Below are positions 52,730 to 64,000 of a stretch of 64,000 nt of DNA, piece after piece. Numbering within the stretch: position 1 is the first letter of the stretch; each line of letters starts with the position of its first letter. The DNA is from Octopus sinensis (taxonomy: Eukaryota): the NCBI RefSeq assembly GCF_006345805.1, contig NC_043006.1:6014001-6078000 (forward strand), given 5' to 3'. Below the pieces are notes generated by a model that was given only the letters and a program-made list of their open reading frames with translations, searched no databases and was not told the origin of the DNA. Made by a program: the position numbers and the translations under genes.

Positions 52730-54556
52730 TATATTTCAATTGGTTCAATTTTTAAGTCATCGGGGGTCAGATGTCTACATAATTCCAGATTCCGTTTGAA
52801 TGGAATATCTGAAGATCAGAATAAAAACATCAAAAAGCTCTAATTGGAAAAGTAATTTCAAGAATGACAGAAATTGCAAAACTTATGATGCAAAAGGAGA
52901 AACCATGAACCATTTTGGAATGAAGAATCACAAAAAGATTAGAAAAATTCAAGTGGAATTATATAGCATCACTCTTTTACTCTTTTACTTCTTTCATTTG
53001 ACTGTGGCCATGCTGGAGCACAGCCTTTTAGTCGAGCAGATTGACCCCAGGACTTATTCTTTGTAAGCCTAGTACTTATTCTATCAGTCTCTTTCACCGA
53101 ACCGCTAAGTTACGGGGACGTAAACACACCAGCATCGGTTGTCAAGTGATGGTGGGGGGGACAAACACAGACACACAAACATTTACACATACAAACATAC
53201 ACACACACATATACAACAGGCTTCTTTCAGTCTCCGTCTACCAAATCCACTCACAAGGCTTTGGTCGGCCTGAGGCTATAGTAGAAGACACTTGCCCAAG
53301 GTGCCATGCAGTGGGACTGAACCCAGAACCATGTGGTTGGTAAGCAAGCTACTTACCACACAGCCACTCCTATGCCTACATTAAATACGCATTAATTATA
53401 TATCCAGTATCTAATGTACACTTTGGCACAACATGGAATTGGTTCTACCGTTCTTTCTTTCTCATGTAACACTGAGCTTTCAAATACAATTCAGAGGAGT
53501 CTGGAAACAAATTCCCACAGGAACCACATGTGTTCTGAAAGCTACATGTTATAGATGCAGACGTAGTAGTCAGAGGTTTCAATCTTGGTTTCAAACTTCT
53601 AACTGCTCCAGACCATTCTGGAGCAGAATGGATGACTTAGAAGAAACTCTGTTTTAATACATTATGAAATATATGAATTTATTGATGTATCCAGGCTGCA
53701 TTTGCAAGGAACACCAGAAATAAACTATTTACACACAATAAAATATACTAAAGAAAGAAAACAATAAACTAAACAACAAAAGGAAGCAAAGATATATAAA
53801 CAGTAATAATGGAATTAAATTTTGGCAGAAGGCCAAAAATTTTGGGGGATGGATTAAGTCAATAAAACTGACCCCAGTACTCCACTGGTACTTATTTTAT
53901 TGTCCCCTAAGGGGATGAAAGGTAAAGTCAACCTCTGTAGCATTTGAACTCAAAACATAAAGAGCAAGAAATGCCACAAGGCATTTTGTCCAATGCAGCA
54001 GTGATTCTGCCAATTCACTGCCTCGAAACAGTAATAATATATATTTCTTTACTGCCCACAAGGGGCTAAACATAGAGGGGACAAACAAGAACAGACATAG
54101 GTATTAAGTCGATTACATAGACCCCAGTGCGTAACTGGTACTTTATTTATCGACCCCAAGAGGATGAAAGGCAAAGTTGACCCCGGCGGAATTTGAACTC
54201 AGAATGTAACGACAGACGAAATACCGCTCAGCATTTCGTCTGGCGTGCTAACGTTTCTGCCAGCTCGACGCCTTATACAGTAATAATACAGCTCGATACA
54301 GTAATAATATATTAATCAAAAAACTAAGGCAGTAAACTGACAGAAACATTACTAAGCTGGACAGCACTTTTTCTGACTTTACATTCTGAGTTCAAATGCT
54401 GCCAAGGATGACTTTGCCTTTCATCCTTACAGAATCAATAAAAATAAGTACCAGTTGAGCACTGGGTCCCCCAAGTTTGCCGGCCTTGTGCCAAAATTTG
54501 AAACCAACATATAAATCAAACAGTTTCTATTTCAAACTTATAAAAGGTTTCCTTAC

Positions 54557-54681
54557 ATCTTCCTCAACAGCATAGATATTAGTCTCGCCATCTTCTTCAT
54601 TATTTTCCAGTTCTTCACTTATTTCTCCTCTTAAAAAAGCTTCTTTCTTCTCTTTCCATTCTTCAATCTTTTTCTCTACAG
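54557..54681 (-). CDS. ISY1: ISY1 coding exon (125 nt)
   Basis: tttag|CT GTA...GAA GAT|gtaagg encodes (A)VEKKIEEWKEKKEAFLRGEISEELENNEEDGETNIYAVEED. Confidence 0.9.
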
Positions 54682-55990
54682 CTAAAATGAAGAACAATCA
54701 GATCACAGAACACCAAACAACACAAATAATGACTACAATTTTCGTGTGTACTACTTTACGGTATGACTTTCATCTTACTACATTCCAATTTAGTAAACTT
54801 CTGATAAACTTCCCAAACTTCTGATAAAAGTAGCAAAAGAGATGAAGAATTTCGAGGAATTGTGAAATAATGAAACTGGTTCAATTCTCATTTCAGGCTA
54901 CCAAAAAACACTCCTTTGTGGACCTTATTTCACAACTGGATTCAATATGCATGTTATGCAGATTCGTGAATTTATTTATTTATTTATAATCCATGCTATA
55001 TTACTCCCAAGTAATTAGTGTCAGACTATTAACTTTTGCACCATTATGCAAATGAGTTTGGTCCCAAGACCCATGAGAGAGAAGGAGAGGTGAGAAAAAT
55101 CTGATGATTTAACAATAAAATCGTTTGGTTCAATCTTCATAGCATATGGGAACCGGTATTAAGGAAGGATAGGAAAATATTAGATTTATAAGCCCTAAAA
55201 TTCACTCCATAATTGCCCACAGGCATAGTGGTTAAGAGTGCGGGCTACTAACCCCGAGATTCCGAGTTCGAATCCAGGCAGTGACCTAATTAATAATAAC
55301 ATCGAAAAATACCTCATGAATGAAGGCTGGAGGGTATATCAGCCGAAACGTTGTGTTAACAACTAACAAGATGAGGACAAATATCCGTCGAATGTAAATA
55401 ATTTATGTAATTCCTCACCTGTTAAATATAGAACTCCATCACAAAAACTGTTACTCAGAGTTTCATGTTACTGTCCGTAGAACAGGAATGTGAAACTCTA
55501 AGTAACAGTTTTGTGGTATTTGTGCTGCTTTTCAATAAATCATATATATATATATATATATATTCTTTTACTTGTTTTAGTCATTCGACTGCAGCCATGC
55601 TGGAGCATCGCCTTTAGTTGAACAAATCAACCCCAGGACTTATTCTCTGTAAGCGTAGTACTTATTCTACTGGTCTCTTTTGCCAAACCGCTAAGTTACG
55701 AGAACATAAACACACCAGCATCAGTTGTCAAGCAATGGTGGGGGGACAATCAGACACACAAACACACACACACATATATATATATATACACACGACAGGC
55801 TTCTTTCAGTTTCTGTCTACCGAACCTACTCACAAGGCTTTGTTCAGCCCGAGGTTATAGCAGAAACCATACAGTGGGACTGAACCCGGAACCATGTGGT
55901 TAGTAAGCGAGCTACTTACCATACAACCACTCATGTGCCATTTGCATACACACACACACACACACTCATATATATATGTGTGTGTGTATG

Positions 55991-56024
<34 letters not shown>

Positions 56025-56145
56025 TATATATACACAGACATACAAATATATATACATATGCGTATGTATAAGTGTGTGTGTTTACACACACACACGATTA
56101 CAATTCTGTAAGTTTTTCACGTAAAATTTTTCATTAATCTCTTAC

Positions 56146-56268
56146 CAAGTTTTTCTTGTTCGGATTCCAAAGGAATCAGAACTCCATCATCATCATCTCT
56201 GTAGCCATAGTACACTGCATCGATATCTTTCATGAGATCTGCACGGGTCTTTCGAGGCTGCGATGGAG
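56146..56268 (-). CDS. ISY1: ISY1 coding exon (123 nt)
   Basis: tgcag|CT CCA...CTT G|gtaag encodes PSQPRKTRADLMKDIDAVYYGYRDDDDGVLIPLESEQEKL. Confidence 0.95.
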
Positions 56269-56464
56269 CTGCAAGAAGAAAGAAGTACTGCTTCATCTGG
56301 AAAGATTTGAATTCAACCCTTTCGTTACCATATTCCTGTCTGAAATACTGTCCCATTATTTCAGTTAATTTAGAAAATAACGAAGAATCTAATAAAATAG
56401 CTTCATCATTAGTAAGCTGGTGTTTAGAGCATAAATTAAATGGAAATTTTAATGGAAGATTTAA

Positions 56465-56684
56465 CCCTTTCGTTACCATATTTCTGCTGAGATGTTCTGT
56501 ATTTCTTTCAATTACTTTAAATATAACAAAGAATTCAGTAAAATATCTTAGTTATCATTCAGCTAGTGTTAGGAACATAAATTGTGACTAAGGTTTAGTG
56601 GAAGATTTTAATTCAAAACTTATGAAAACAGGACATTTATACTCAAAACCAGAGCCGGTTTCAGCCGGGTTGGTAACAAAAGGG
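56465..56684. mobile_element. piggyBac-type MITE
   Basis: TTAA|CCCTTTCGTTACC ... GGTAACAAAAGGG|TTAA. Confidence 0.8.
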
Positions 56685-56941
56685 TTAAATATAGCTCAGT
56701 AGTTTCCCACCATTTTTCTGCCTATGGACCCCTTCGACTAATATTTTTTTTCTTGTGGACCCTCATCACCACTCAAAGTTCAAAACTAATTTTAAAGATA
56801 CTGCTTTCAAAATTCCTATTTCGTTTTCCATACATCAACCCTTAAGCACTCAGATTGCTCTGTCAAATGTAATGCTTCTCTATTGACATTGTCTTGAAGT
56901 AATCATATATCATCTTGTAGCTTCAAGATTGATATAATCAT

Positions 56942-57365
56942 CATTATTATCATCGTTTAATGTCTGTTTTCCATGCTAGCACAGGTTGGACGGTTCGACC
57001 GGGGTCTGTGAAGCCAGGAGGCTGCACCAGGCTCCAGTCTGATCTGGCAGTGTTTCTACAGTTGAATGCCCTGCCTAACACCAACCACTCCATGAGTGTA
57101 GTGGGTGCTTTTTACGTGCCACCGGCACAGGTGCCAGGCGAGGCTGGCAACGGCCACGATCGGTTGGTGCTTTTTACGTGCCACCGGCACGGAAGCCAGT
57201 CAAGGCGGCACTGGCATCGACTACAGGTGCCAGGGGAGGCTGGCAATGTCCACGATCAGCTGGTGGTTTTTAAATGCCACTGACACGGAAGCCAGTCAAG
57301 GCGGCGCTGGCATCGGCCACATACGGAAGGTGCTTTTTACGTGCCACCGGCACAGGTGCCAGGGC
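56942..57365. mobile_element. RTE-related short element (CAGCTGGATGCCCTTCCTAACGCC family) with internal ~55-60-bp tandem units
   Basis: Repeated GCTTTTTACGTGCCACCGGCAC units. Related copies at ~45279-45425, 47040-47200, 48230-48495, 49620-49950 and 60362-60690. Confidence 0.65.
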
Positions 57366-57982
57366 AGGCACCTGATTGTTTATTTTTAGATTGACATAGT
57401 AGGGTAATCGTAAGAGGCCTGATCTGGTTGGTTTGGACATAAAACAGAGAGAATACTTTGGCTGGACAATGGCCAGTTTAAATGCTAAAAGATTAACTTG
57501 TGTTGGTTGAACTATGTAAAACATAAGAGAAAGAAACCTAGATATTTGTTGCAATAAATACATCCAAATTAACACTTTTCCATGGACCCTTAAAATACTA
57601 CTGTGGATCCTCAATTTTGCTTGTATGGTCCCCCAGGGGTCATACGGACCCCAGTTGAGAAGAAATCTATATCTATTTCTTTATTGCCCACAAGGGGCTA
57701 AACACAGAGAGGACAAACAAGGACAGACAAATGGATTAAGTCAATTACATCAATCCAAGTGCATAACTGGTACTTAATTTATGAACCCCGAATGGATGAA
57801 AGGCAAAATTGACCTCAGCGGAATTTGAACTCAGAACGTAGCGACAGACGAAATACGGCTACACATTTCACCCGGCGTGCTAACGTTTCTGCCAGCTCGC
57901 CACCTCAAGGAATCTATATCATAGTCTCAAGCAGGTTGGTATCAAAAGGGTTAGTGCTTGCCTAATTTTCATTACAACTTAC

Positions 57983-58038
57983 GTTCTTGTTCAAAGAGTT
58001 CTCGCACGCCAGGAAGTTCTTTTGCAGCTCCAAAATAC
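57983..58038 (-). CDS. ISY1: ISY1 coding exon (56 nt)
   Basis: cctag|G TAT TTT...GAA C|gtaagt encodes YFGAAKELPGVRELFEQE(P). Confidence 0.93.
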
Positions 58039-58660
58039 CTAGGAAAGATAAATAAATAAATAAATAAACAAACAAACAAACAAATAAGTACCTAACAAGA
58101 ATAAATAAACAGGTGCAGGAGTGGCTGTGTGGTAACTAGCTTGCTTACCAACCACATGGTTCTGGGTTCAGTCCCACTGTGTGACACCTTGGGCAAGTGT
58201 CTTCTACTATAGCCTCGAGCCGACCAAAGCCTTGTGAGTGGATTTGGTAGACAGAAACTGAAAGAAGCCTGTTGTATATATCTGTGTGGGTGTGTGGGTG
58301 TGTGTTCCTGTGTCTGTGTTTGTCTCCCCAACATCACTTGACAACCGATGCTGCTGTGTTTACGTCCCCGTAACTTAGCAGTTTGGCAAAAGAGACTGAT
58401 AGAATAAGTACTAGGCTTACAAAGAATAAGTCCTGGGGTCGATTTGCTCAGCTAAAGGCGTTGCTCCAGCATGGACGCAGTCAAATGACTGAAACAAGTA
58501 AAAGAGTGTCTTTTATGTCAGAAATAGACCTCAATTGGAGTCAAACTATAACGAAAACCTTCTTTTGTCAATAACAACTGTAATTTTCTTTTTTTTTTAA
58601 TTACAATCTTTTAAATAATCACAATATTTAAAATTTCAATAAAATAGCAAAAACACTTAC

Positions 58661-58722
58661 TTATATCCCCTATTTCCAGGTACTTCTTTACCTTCATGAT
58701 CCAACATCTTGGGACCAACTCT
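58661..58722 (-). CDS. ISY1: ISY1 coding exon (62 nt)
   Basis: ttcag|AGA...TAT AA|gtaagt encodes RVGPKMLDHEGKEVPGNRGY(K). Confidence 0.93.
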
Positions 58723-59367
58723 CTGAAAATTTAATTCATTACAATGAATATCTTTCATTCCAAATATTTATTTCAAACATTAATATGAGATATTTACCAT
58801 TGATACATAAATATATATGAGGATATATGAAGTTTTATATAAATATTTATATATATATAAAGCTGAAGTTGTCTGTGTGTGGCAGGTTTGGTAGCCTTCA
58901 ACTAACACTATCTCCTCCGAGACCCTGCGGTGCAAGTTGACCAAAATTGAGATTATAATAGAAGAAGGTTTGCTCTTCCTTCCGTAGAAGATAAAATTCA
59001 AATCGGACCATGTTAACACCAAAAATTATTTACATCAAATAATGTGCTTACCAACCACATGGTTCCAGGTTCAGTCCCACTGTGTGGCATCTTGGGCGAG
59101 TGTTCTCTACTACAGCCCTGGACCGACCAAAGCCCCATGAGTGGATCTGGTAGACGGAAACTGAAAGAAGCCTGCTGCATATATGTATATATATATGTTT
59201 GCAGATGTGTATATGTTTGTGTATCTGTGTTTGTTACCCCAACACCGCTTGACAACCGATGCTGGTGTGTTTACATCCCCTATCAAAAGTGTGAAAGTTA
59301 TTTAAATATTTCCATACAACTATGTTACTTTAATATTAAGTATCCAAATATTTGCAAAGCTACTAAC

Positions 59368-59480
59368 CTTGTAATCCGGGCCTCCGAGTTCCCTAATCCG
59401 ATCCTCCCAATGGCCCTTTTCCCGCAACAGTTTATTGATTTCATCATTGACATCACGCAGTTTAAACTCTCCCAGACCAG
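59368..59480 (-). CDS. ISY1: ISY1 coding exon (113 nt)
   Basis: tttag|CT GGT...TAC AAG|gttagt encodes (A)GLGEFKLRDVNDEINKLLREKGHWEDRIRELGGPDYK. Confidence 0.95.
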
Positions 59481-59511
59481 CTAAAAAAAGTAAACAACAA
59501 AACTTCATTAG

Positions 59512-59728
59512 CCCTTTCGTTACTGTATCTATTTTGAGATGTTCTGTCTTTCTTCCAATTATCTTAATATAAAGAATTTAGTAAAATAACTTAATTATCA
59601 TTCAGCTAGTGTTAGGAACATAAATTGTGAGTAAGGTTTGGGGAAAGATTTTAATTCAAAACTTATGAAAACAAGGCATTTATACTAAAGAGCCAGAGCC
59701 GGTTTCAGCCGGGTTGGTAACGAAAGGG
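59512..59728. mobile_element. piggyBac-type MITE, second copy, flanked by TTAG
   Basis: TTAG|CCCTTTCGTTACT ... GGTAACGAAAGGG|TTAG; body closely similar to 56465-56684. Confidence 0.75.
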
Positions 59729-60966
59729 TTAGAGAGTTCTTAGAAAGGAAAAATTATTCAATAATCGACAATTTGACATTAATCTTTCTTCATTTCTATT
59801 TAATCTGCTGCTGTTGTTGTTGACTAAATCCCAAATCAACTCCGAGCTAGCATTCTAGTATGACTATCTTCTTTTTTCCTGATGAAATTTCTAAATAGAC
59901 AGAATAATTAGTTAGATTGTCACTGCTTCCTTCCCTTCTTATGACTATAGAGTATGATCTGTTATTTCTAGCAGCTTAGGTTACCACGTAGAGGATCCCT
60001 CATTGATCACATCTACTGCTGTTATAAAACAAACAACAGAAACTAAGATAAAAATGTCTTCCATTGTTACAGAATTACACAATGGAGGCATCAAAGATGT
60101 CCTTCAGATTTTTCAAGTGTTTTCTTCAAGAAGGATTTAAGCTTAGCTCAAGCTAACAAAACATTTGCCATTAAACAAACAATACTACATTACCTAAAGT
60201 GAAAGGTTGAACTTCTCAATGATACACAGCTACATTAAAATGGACTGAAACCATTCGACCTGCAGCCGGAAGACCAACAGGGACTGGTTTTAATATTTTC
60301 AACTTACAAAAATACTACAAAGCTCAAAGCTTTATATCCAAGCAGAGTTGACCAGGCCACACATCATCCATTTCCCATGCTAGCATGGGTTGGACGGTTC
60401 AACTGGGGTCTGTGAAGCCAGGAGGCTACACCAGGCTCCAGTCTGATCTGGCAGAGTTTCTACAGCTGGATGCCATTCCTAATGCCAACCACTCCGTGAG
60501 TGTAGTGGGTACTTTTTACGTGCCACCGGCACAGGTGCCAGAGGAGGCTGGCAGCGGCCATGATCGGTTGGTGCTTTTTATGTGCCACCGGCACAGAAGC
60601 CAGTCAAGGTGGCGCTGGCATGGGCCATGTTCGGATGGTGCTTTTTACGTGCCGCTGGCACAGGTATCACAACTACAATTTCCATTTGATATTTATTGAT
60701 GTACTTGACACAACTGTAATAATTACAAACCAATGGGGAAAAGGGGTCGGCTCTACACTCAGCCTACATAAAATAGCAACCAATCTCCCTTAAAGTCATG
60801 CCCTACTAACATGGAGTGAAATGTAATTCAGAGGAGAAACGACATGTAGGGCCTGACTGAAATGGTTTTGATTGTTGTTTATAATTTATCAAGGAATAAA
60901 TAACAACAATAAATAATAACAGAACTTAAACAGAAATGAAATGGAACAAAATATTTCATAGTTTAC

Positions 60967-61075
60967 CATTCTGAATTTGCGCCACTTTGCGGGAAATTTC
61001 TCCAATAATCTGACGTCTCCATTTTTCAGCCTTTGGTAAGTCGGAACATTCAGAAGATAAATATGGTCGACGCTC
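60967..61075 (-). CDS. ISY1: ISY1 coding exon (109 nt)
   Basis: atcag|GAG...AAT G|gtaaac encodes ERRPYLSSECSDLPKAEKWRRQIIGEISRKVAQIQN. Confidence 0.95.
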
Positions 61076-61661
61076 CTGATATTTTAAAAGAGAATTACGA
61101 ATTACTAAATACACACACACACAAAACACCCACAAATATATGGGTTAGGGGTATTTTTGATGGCAGTAATTGGGAACTAGCAATTAAGGATCACTGATTC
61201 TGCTCAAAATCCAGGAATTACAACCGTGTTTCCTGGTCTGCTACCACAACAGCTCCTTTATAGGATCCAGTTAGCTCAAGACATCATCAGTGTGAGACAT
61301 TTTGATAGAGAATATCCTATTGTTTTTTTATTCTGCATTACAACTGATTTTTAATAATTGGACATACACCACAGCAGAAATTAAACAAAATTTGGAGATG
61401 TTCACAATTACCAAATCAAAAAGATATATTTATTGACATATCAGTAAAAATAATCTCTACATTTACAAACAATAAGGATTTGGCATTAGGAGATAACTCT
61501 GGTTTAGAAATTTCATTTTCATCTCGCTCTCTCTTTCTCTCTTTGTATGTATGTATGAGTTTGTGCACAGGTGCTTTCAAAGCCAAATCATTCATTACCA
61601 AAACAGCCATGACAAAATGTTTGGGCATTCAATAAGTCCTGCAAAAATGTTCCAAAATGTT

Positions 61662-61719
<58 letters not shown>

Positions 61720-61720
<1 letters not shown>

Positions 61721-62130
61721 TTACTGCCCACAAGGGGCTACACACAGAGGGGACAAACAAGGACAGACAAATGGATGAAGTCGTTTATACCGACCCCAGT
61801 GCGTAACTGGTACTTATTTAATTGACCCCGAAAGGATGAAAGGCAAAGTCGACCTTGGCAGAATTTGAACTCAGAACATAACGGCAGACTAAATACCTAT
61901 TTCTTTACTACCCACAAGGGGCTAAACACATAGGGGACAAACAAGGACAGACAAACGGATGAAGTCGACTACACTGACCCCAGTGCGTAACTGGTACTTA
62001 ATTTATCGACCCCGAAAGGATGAAAGGCAAAGTCGACCTCGGTGGAATTTGAACTCAGAACATAGTGACAGACAAAATACTGCTAAGCGTTTCGCCCAGC
62101 GTGCTAACCACTCTGCCAGCTCGCCGCCGT
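61720..62130 (-). mobile_element. SINE family N dimer
   Basis: Same junction at ~61896; head CTGCCAGCTCGCCGCC at ~62114-62129. Confidence 0.85.
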
Positions 62131-62734
62131 TCAATATATTAAAAGCCCAACTGTTTAGACTTGGGTCAGCCCAAATCAAATAATCCTATGTTCAAAGACT
62201 TTCCAGCCATGACTATTTCCTCTTATTTCTTTTTCAAACAATATAGGTATGGCTATGTGACTAAGAAGTCTGCTTTCCAATTAGGTAGTTTTGGTTTCAG
62301 TGCCACAGTGTGACATCCTGAGAAAGTGTCTTCTATAGCTCTAGACCAACCAGTGCCATATAAGTGGATTTAGTAGAGAAAAATCGAAAGATGCACAGTG
62401 TACCTATGTGCAGGTGTGAGATTATTTACATTCACACCTTTCTGGAAAGTTCAAGGTATTGTCATTATTTCTTGCCGTAACAAATCGCCCACTGGTCTTA
62501 CACCGAAAAACAATCAAAAGTCAGTGACTGGGAGGGCATCTGGCTGTAAAACATTGGTTCTGTAATATATTCATCCAAAAATGGATGCAAAAATACAAAT
62601 GTATCCTGGACTATTCAATGTGTCACTCCTTTTTTTAATGCAATAAAAGCTGCTCTTCTAATAGGTTCAACAATTGCATAGGAGCACTTTTACTGGTGCT
62701 ACTGAGTATTAAGTGTTTTGTATACAGCTCATTC

Positions 62735-63048
62735 GTGGAGGCCCAGTGGTTAGGGCAGCGGACTCGCGGTCGGTAGATTACGGTTTCGATTCCCAGACCG
62801 GGTGTTGTGTGTGTTTATTGAGCAAAAAATACCTAAATGCTCCATGAGGCTCCGGCAGGGAGTGGTGGCGACCCCTGTTTTACTCTTTTGCCCCAACTTT
62901 CTCTCTCTCTCTTCCTGTTTCTTGAGTAACACTGCGATAGACTGGAGTCCTGTTCAGCTGGGGAAAACACATATGCCACAGAAACCGGGAAACTGGGCCC
63001 ATGAGCCTGGCTAGGCTTGAAAAGAGCGACGTTTGTCTTTTTTTTTTT
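62735..63048 (+). mobile_element. tRNA-derived SINE, core 1 with tail T5, flanked by a 14-bp TSD
   Basis: TSD TATACAGCTCATTC at 62721-62734 and 63049-63062; T-rich 3' end. Confidence 0.9.
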
Positions 63049-63166
63049 TATACAGCTCATTCTAAGTTTAAATTTTAATAACTTTGATGTAACAGTTAAC
63101 AGTATTTGATAAAAAATAGAAAAACTAAAGTTAGGGGTTCAACAGAATATCACAAAGTCTTCTTAC

Positions 63167-63218
63167 CTTTTCTTTATTTAAACCCATCTGTGCTGCCCTC
63201 CACCGAGCAAGGGTTGTC
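63167..63218 (-). CDS. ISY1: ISY1 coding exon (first in window; 52 nt)
   Basis: ctaag|G ACA ACC CTT GCT CGG TGG...GAA AAG|gtaag encodes TTLARWRAAQMGLNKEK, matching ISY1 N-terminal TALARFRQAQ. The ATG-containing exon(s) lie outside the window. Confidence 0.85.
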
Positions 63219-63362
63219 CTTAGAACAGAAAGTACAAGACATAATCATCATCACATTTACAGCATGTTCCTTGAACTTATAAGGTTATACAAGGAAACTG
63301 TTCAATAGCAAAAACACAAAGAATTTAATCCAATTATCAACATATATCTAGATTATATATAA

Positions 63363-63705
63363 GTGAAGGCGCATGGCTCAGTGGTTAGAGCGTCGAGCTT
63401 ACGATTGTGAGGTTGTGAGCTCGAATCCCGGACCGGGCTGGGTGTTGTGTTCTTGAGCAAGGCACTTTATTTCACGTTGCTCCAGTTCACTCAGCTGTAG
63501 AAATGAGTTGCGACGTCACAGGTGCCAAGCTGTATCGACCTTTGTCTTTCCCTTGGTTAACACTGGTGGCGTGGAGAGGGGAGGCTGGTATGCATGGGCG
63601 ACTGCTGGCCTTCCATAAACAACCTTGCCCGAACTTGTGTCTAGGAGGGTAACTTTCTAGGTGCAATCCCATGGTCATTCATGACCGAAGGGGGGTCTTT
63701 ATCTA
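63363..63705 (+). mobile_element. tRNA-derived SINE, core 2 with tail T6
   Basis: A box TGGCTCAGTGG, B-box-like GAGCTCGAATCCC, core 2, unrelated tail. Confidence 0.8.
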
Positions 63706-64000
63706 GATTATAAACAATATTCTCTTTCTTTCTCTTTACTGCACACATTTTCTCACATACTCCCATTACATATACATACATATTAACAATATATACACAT
63801 ACATATTTGCATTGTATACACATACATAATCACTTTATAGTCACACATATATATTCACATTATACACACACACACATATATTTTCACATTATACACATAT
63901 ACATTCAGTTTATCTACACATGCTTATTCTTTGAAAATCTGTTGCTCACTAATATTTTCTTAGAGGCAGAATGGATGCAATAGTTTTCATAAAAGTTACA

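Overview
Eukaryotic, AT-rich and very microsatellite- and SINE-dense genomic DNA. The repeat families look like an octopus/coleoid cephalopod genome; this is inference from recalled repeat sequences, not a database result. Two protein-coding genes are supported, and they converge tail to tail. One is an intronless 6-phosphogluconolactonase (PGLS, + strand, 44045-44782). The other is the splicing factor ISY1 (- strand), with nine coding exons between 63218 and 49229 and GT-AG sites whose phases join in one frame; its first ~9 codons lie beyond the window. The first ~43 kb has no confidently identifiable gene. It is filled with tRNA-derived SINEs, mariner remnants, Helitron/HINE-type elements, MITEs, LINE fragments and (TA)n/(ATT)n/(TCTA)n tracts. 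Four observations stand out. (1) Several (TA)n-embedded short elements, and one tRNA-headed SINE, carry minimal hammerhead-ribozyme-like motifs with palindromic stem III, as in Penelope-like elements. (2) One SINE forms head-to-tail concatemers with the same junction at many loci. (3) SINE cores and tails are combinatorially swapped. (4) There are many fold-back structures, including a ~670-bp inverted duplication and a perfect 86-bp palindrome between PGLS and ISY1. No CRISPR array, rRNA or bona fide tRNA gene was found. Repeat boundaries are approximate unless a TSD is quoted.
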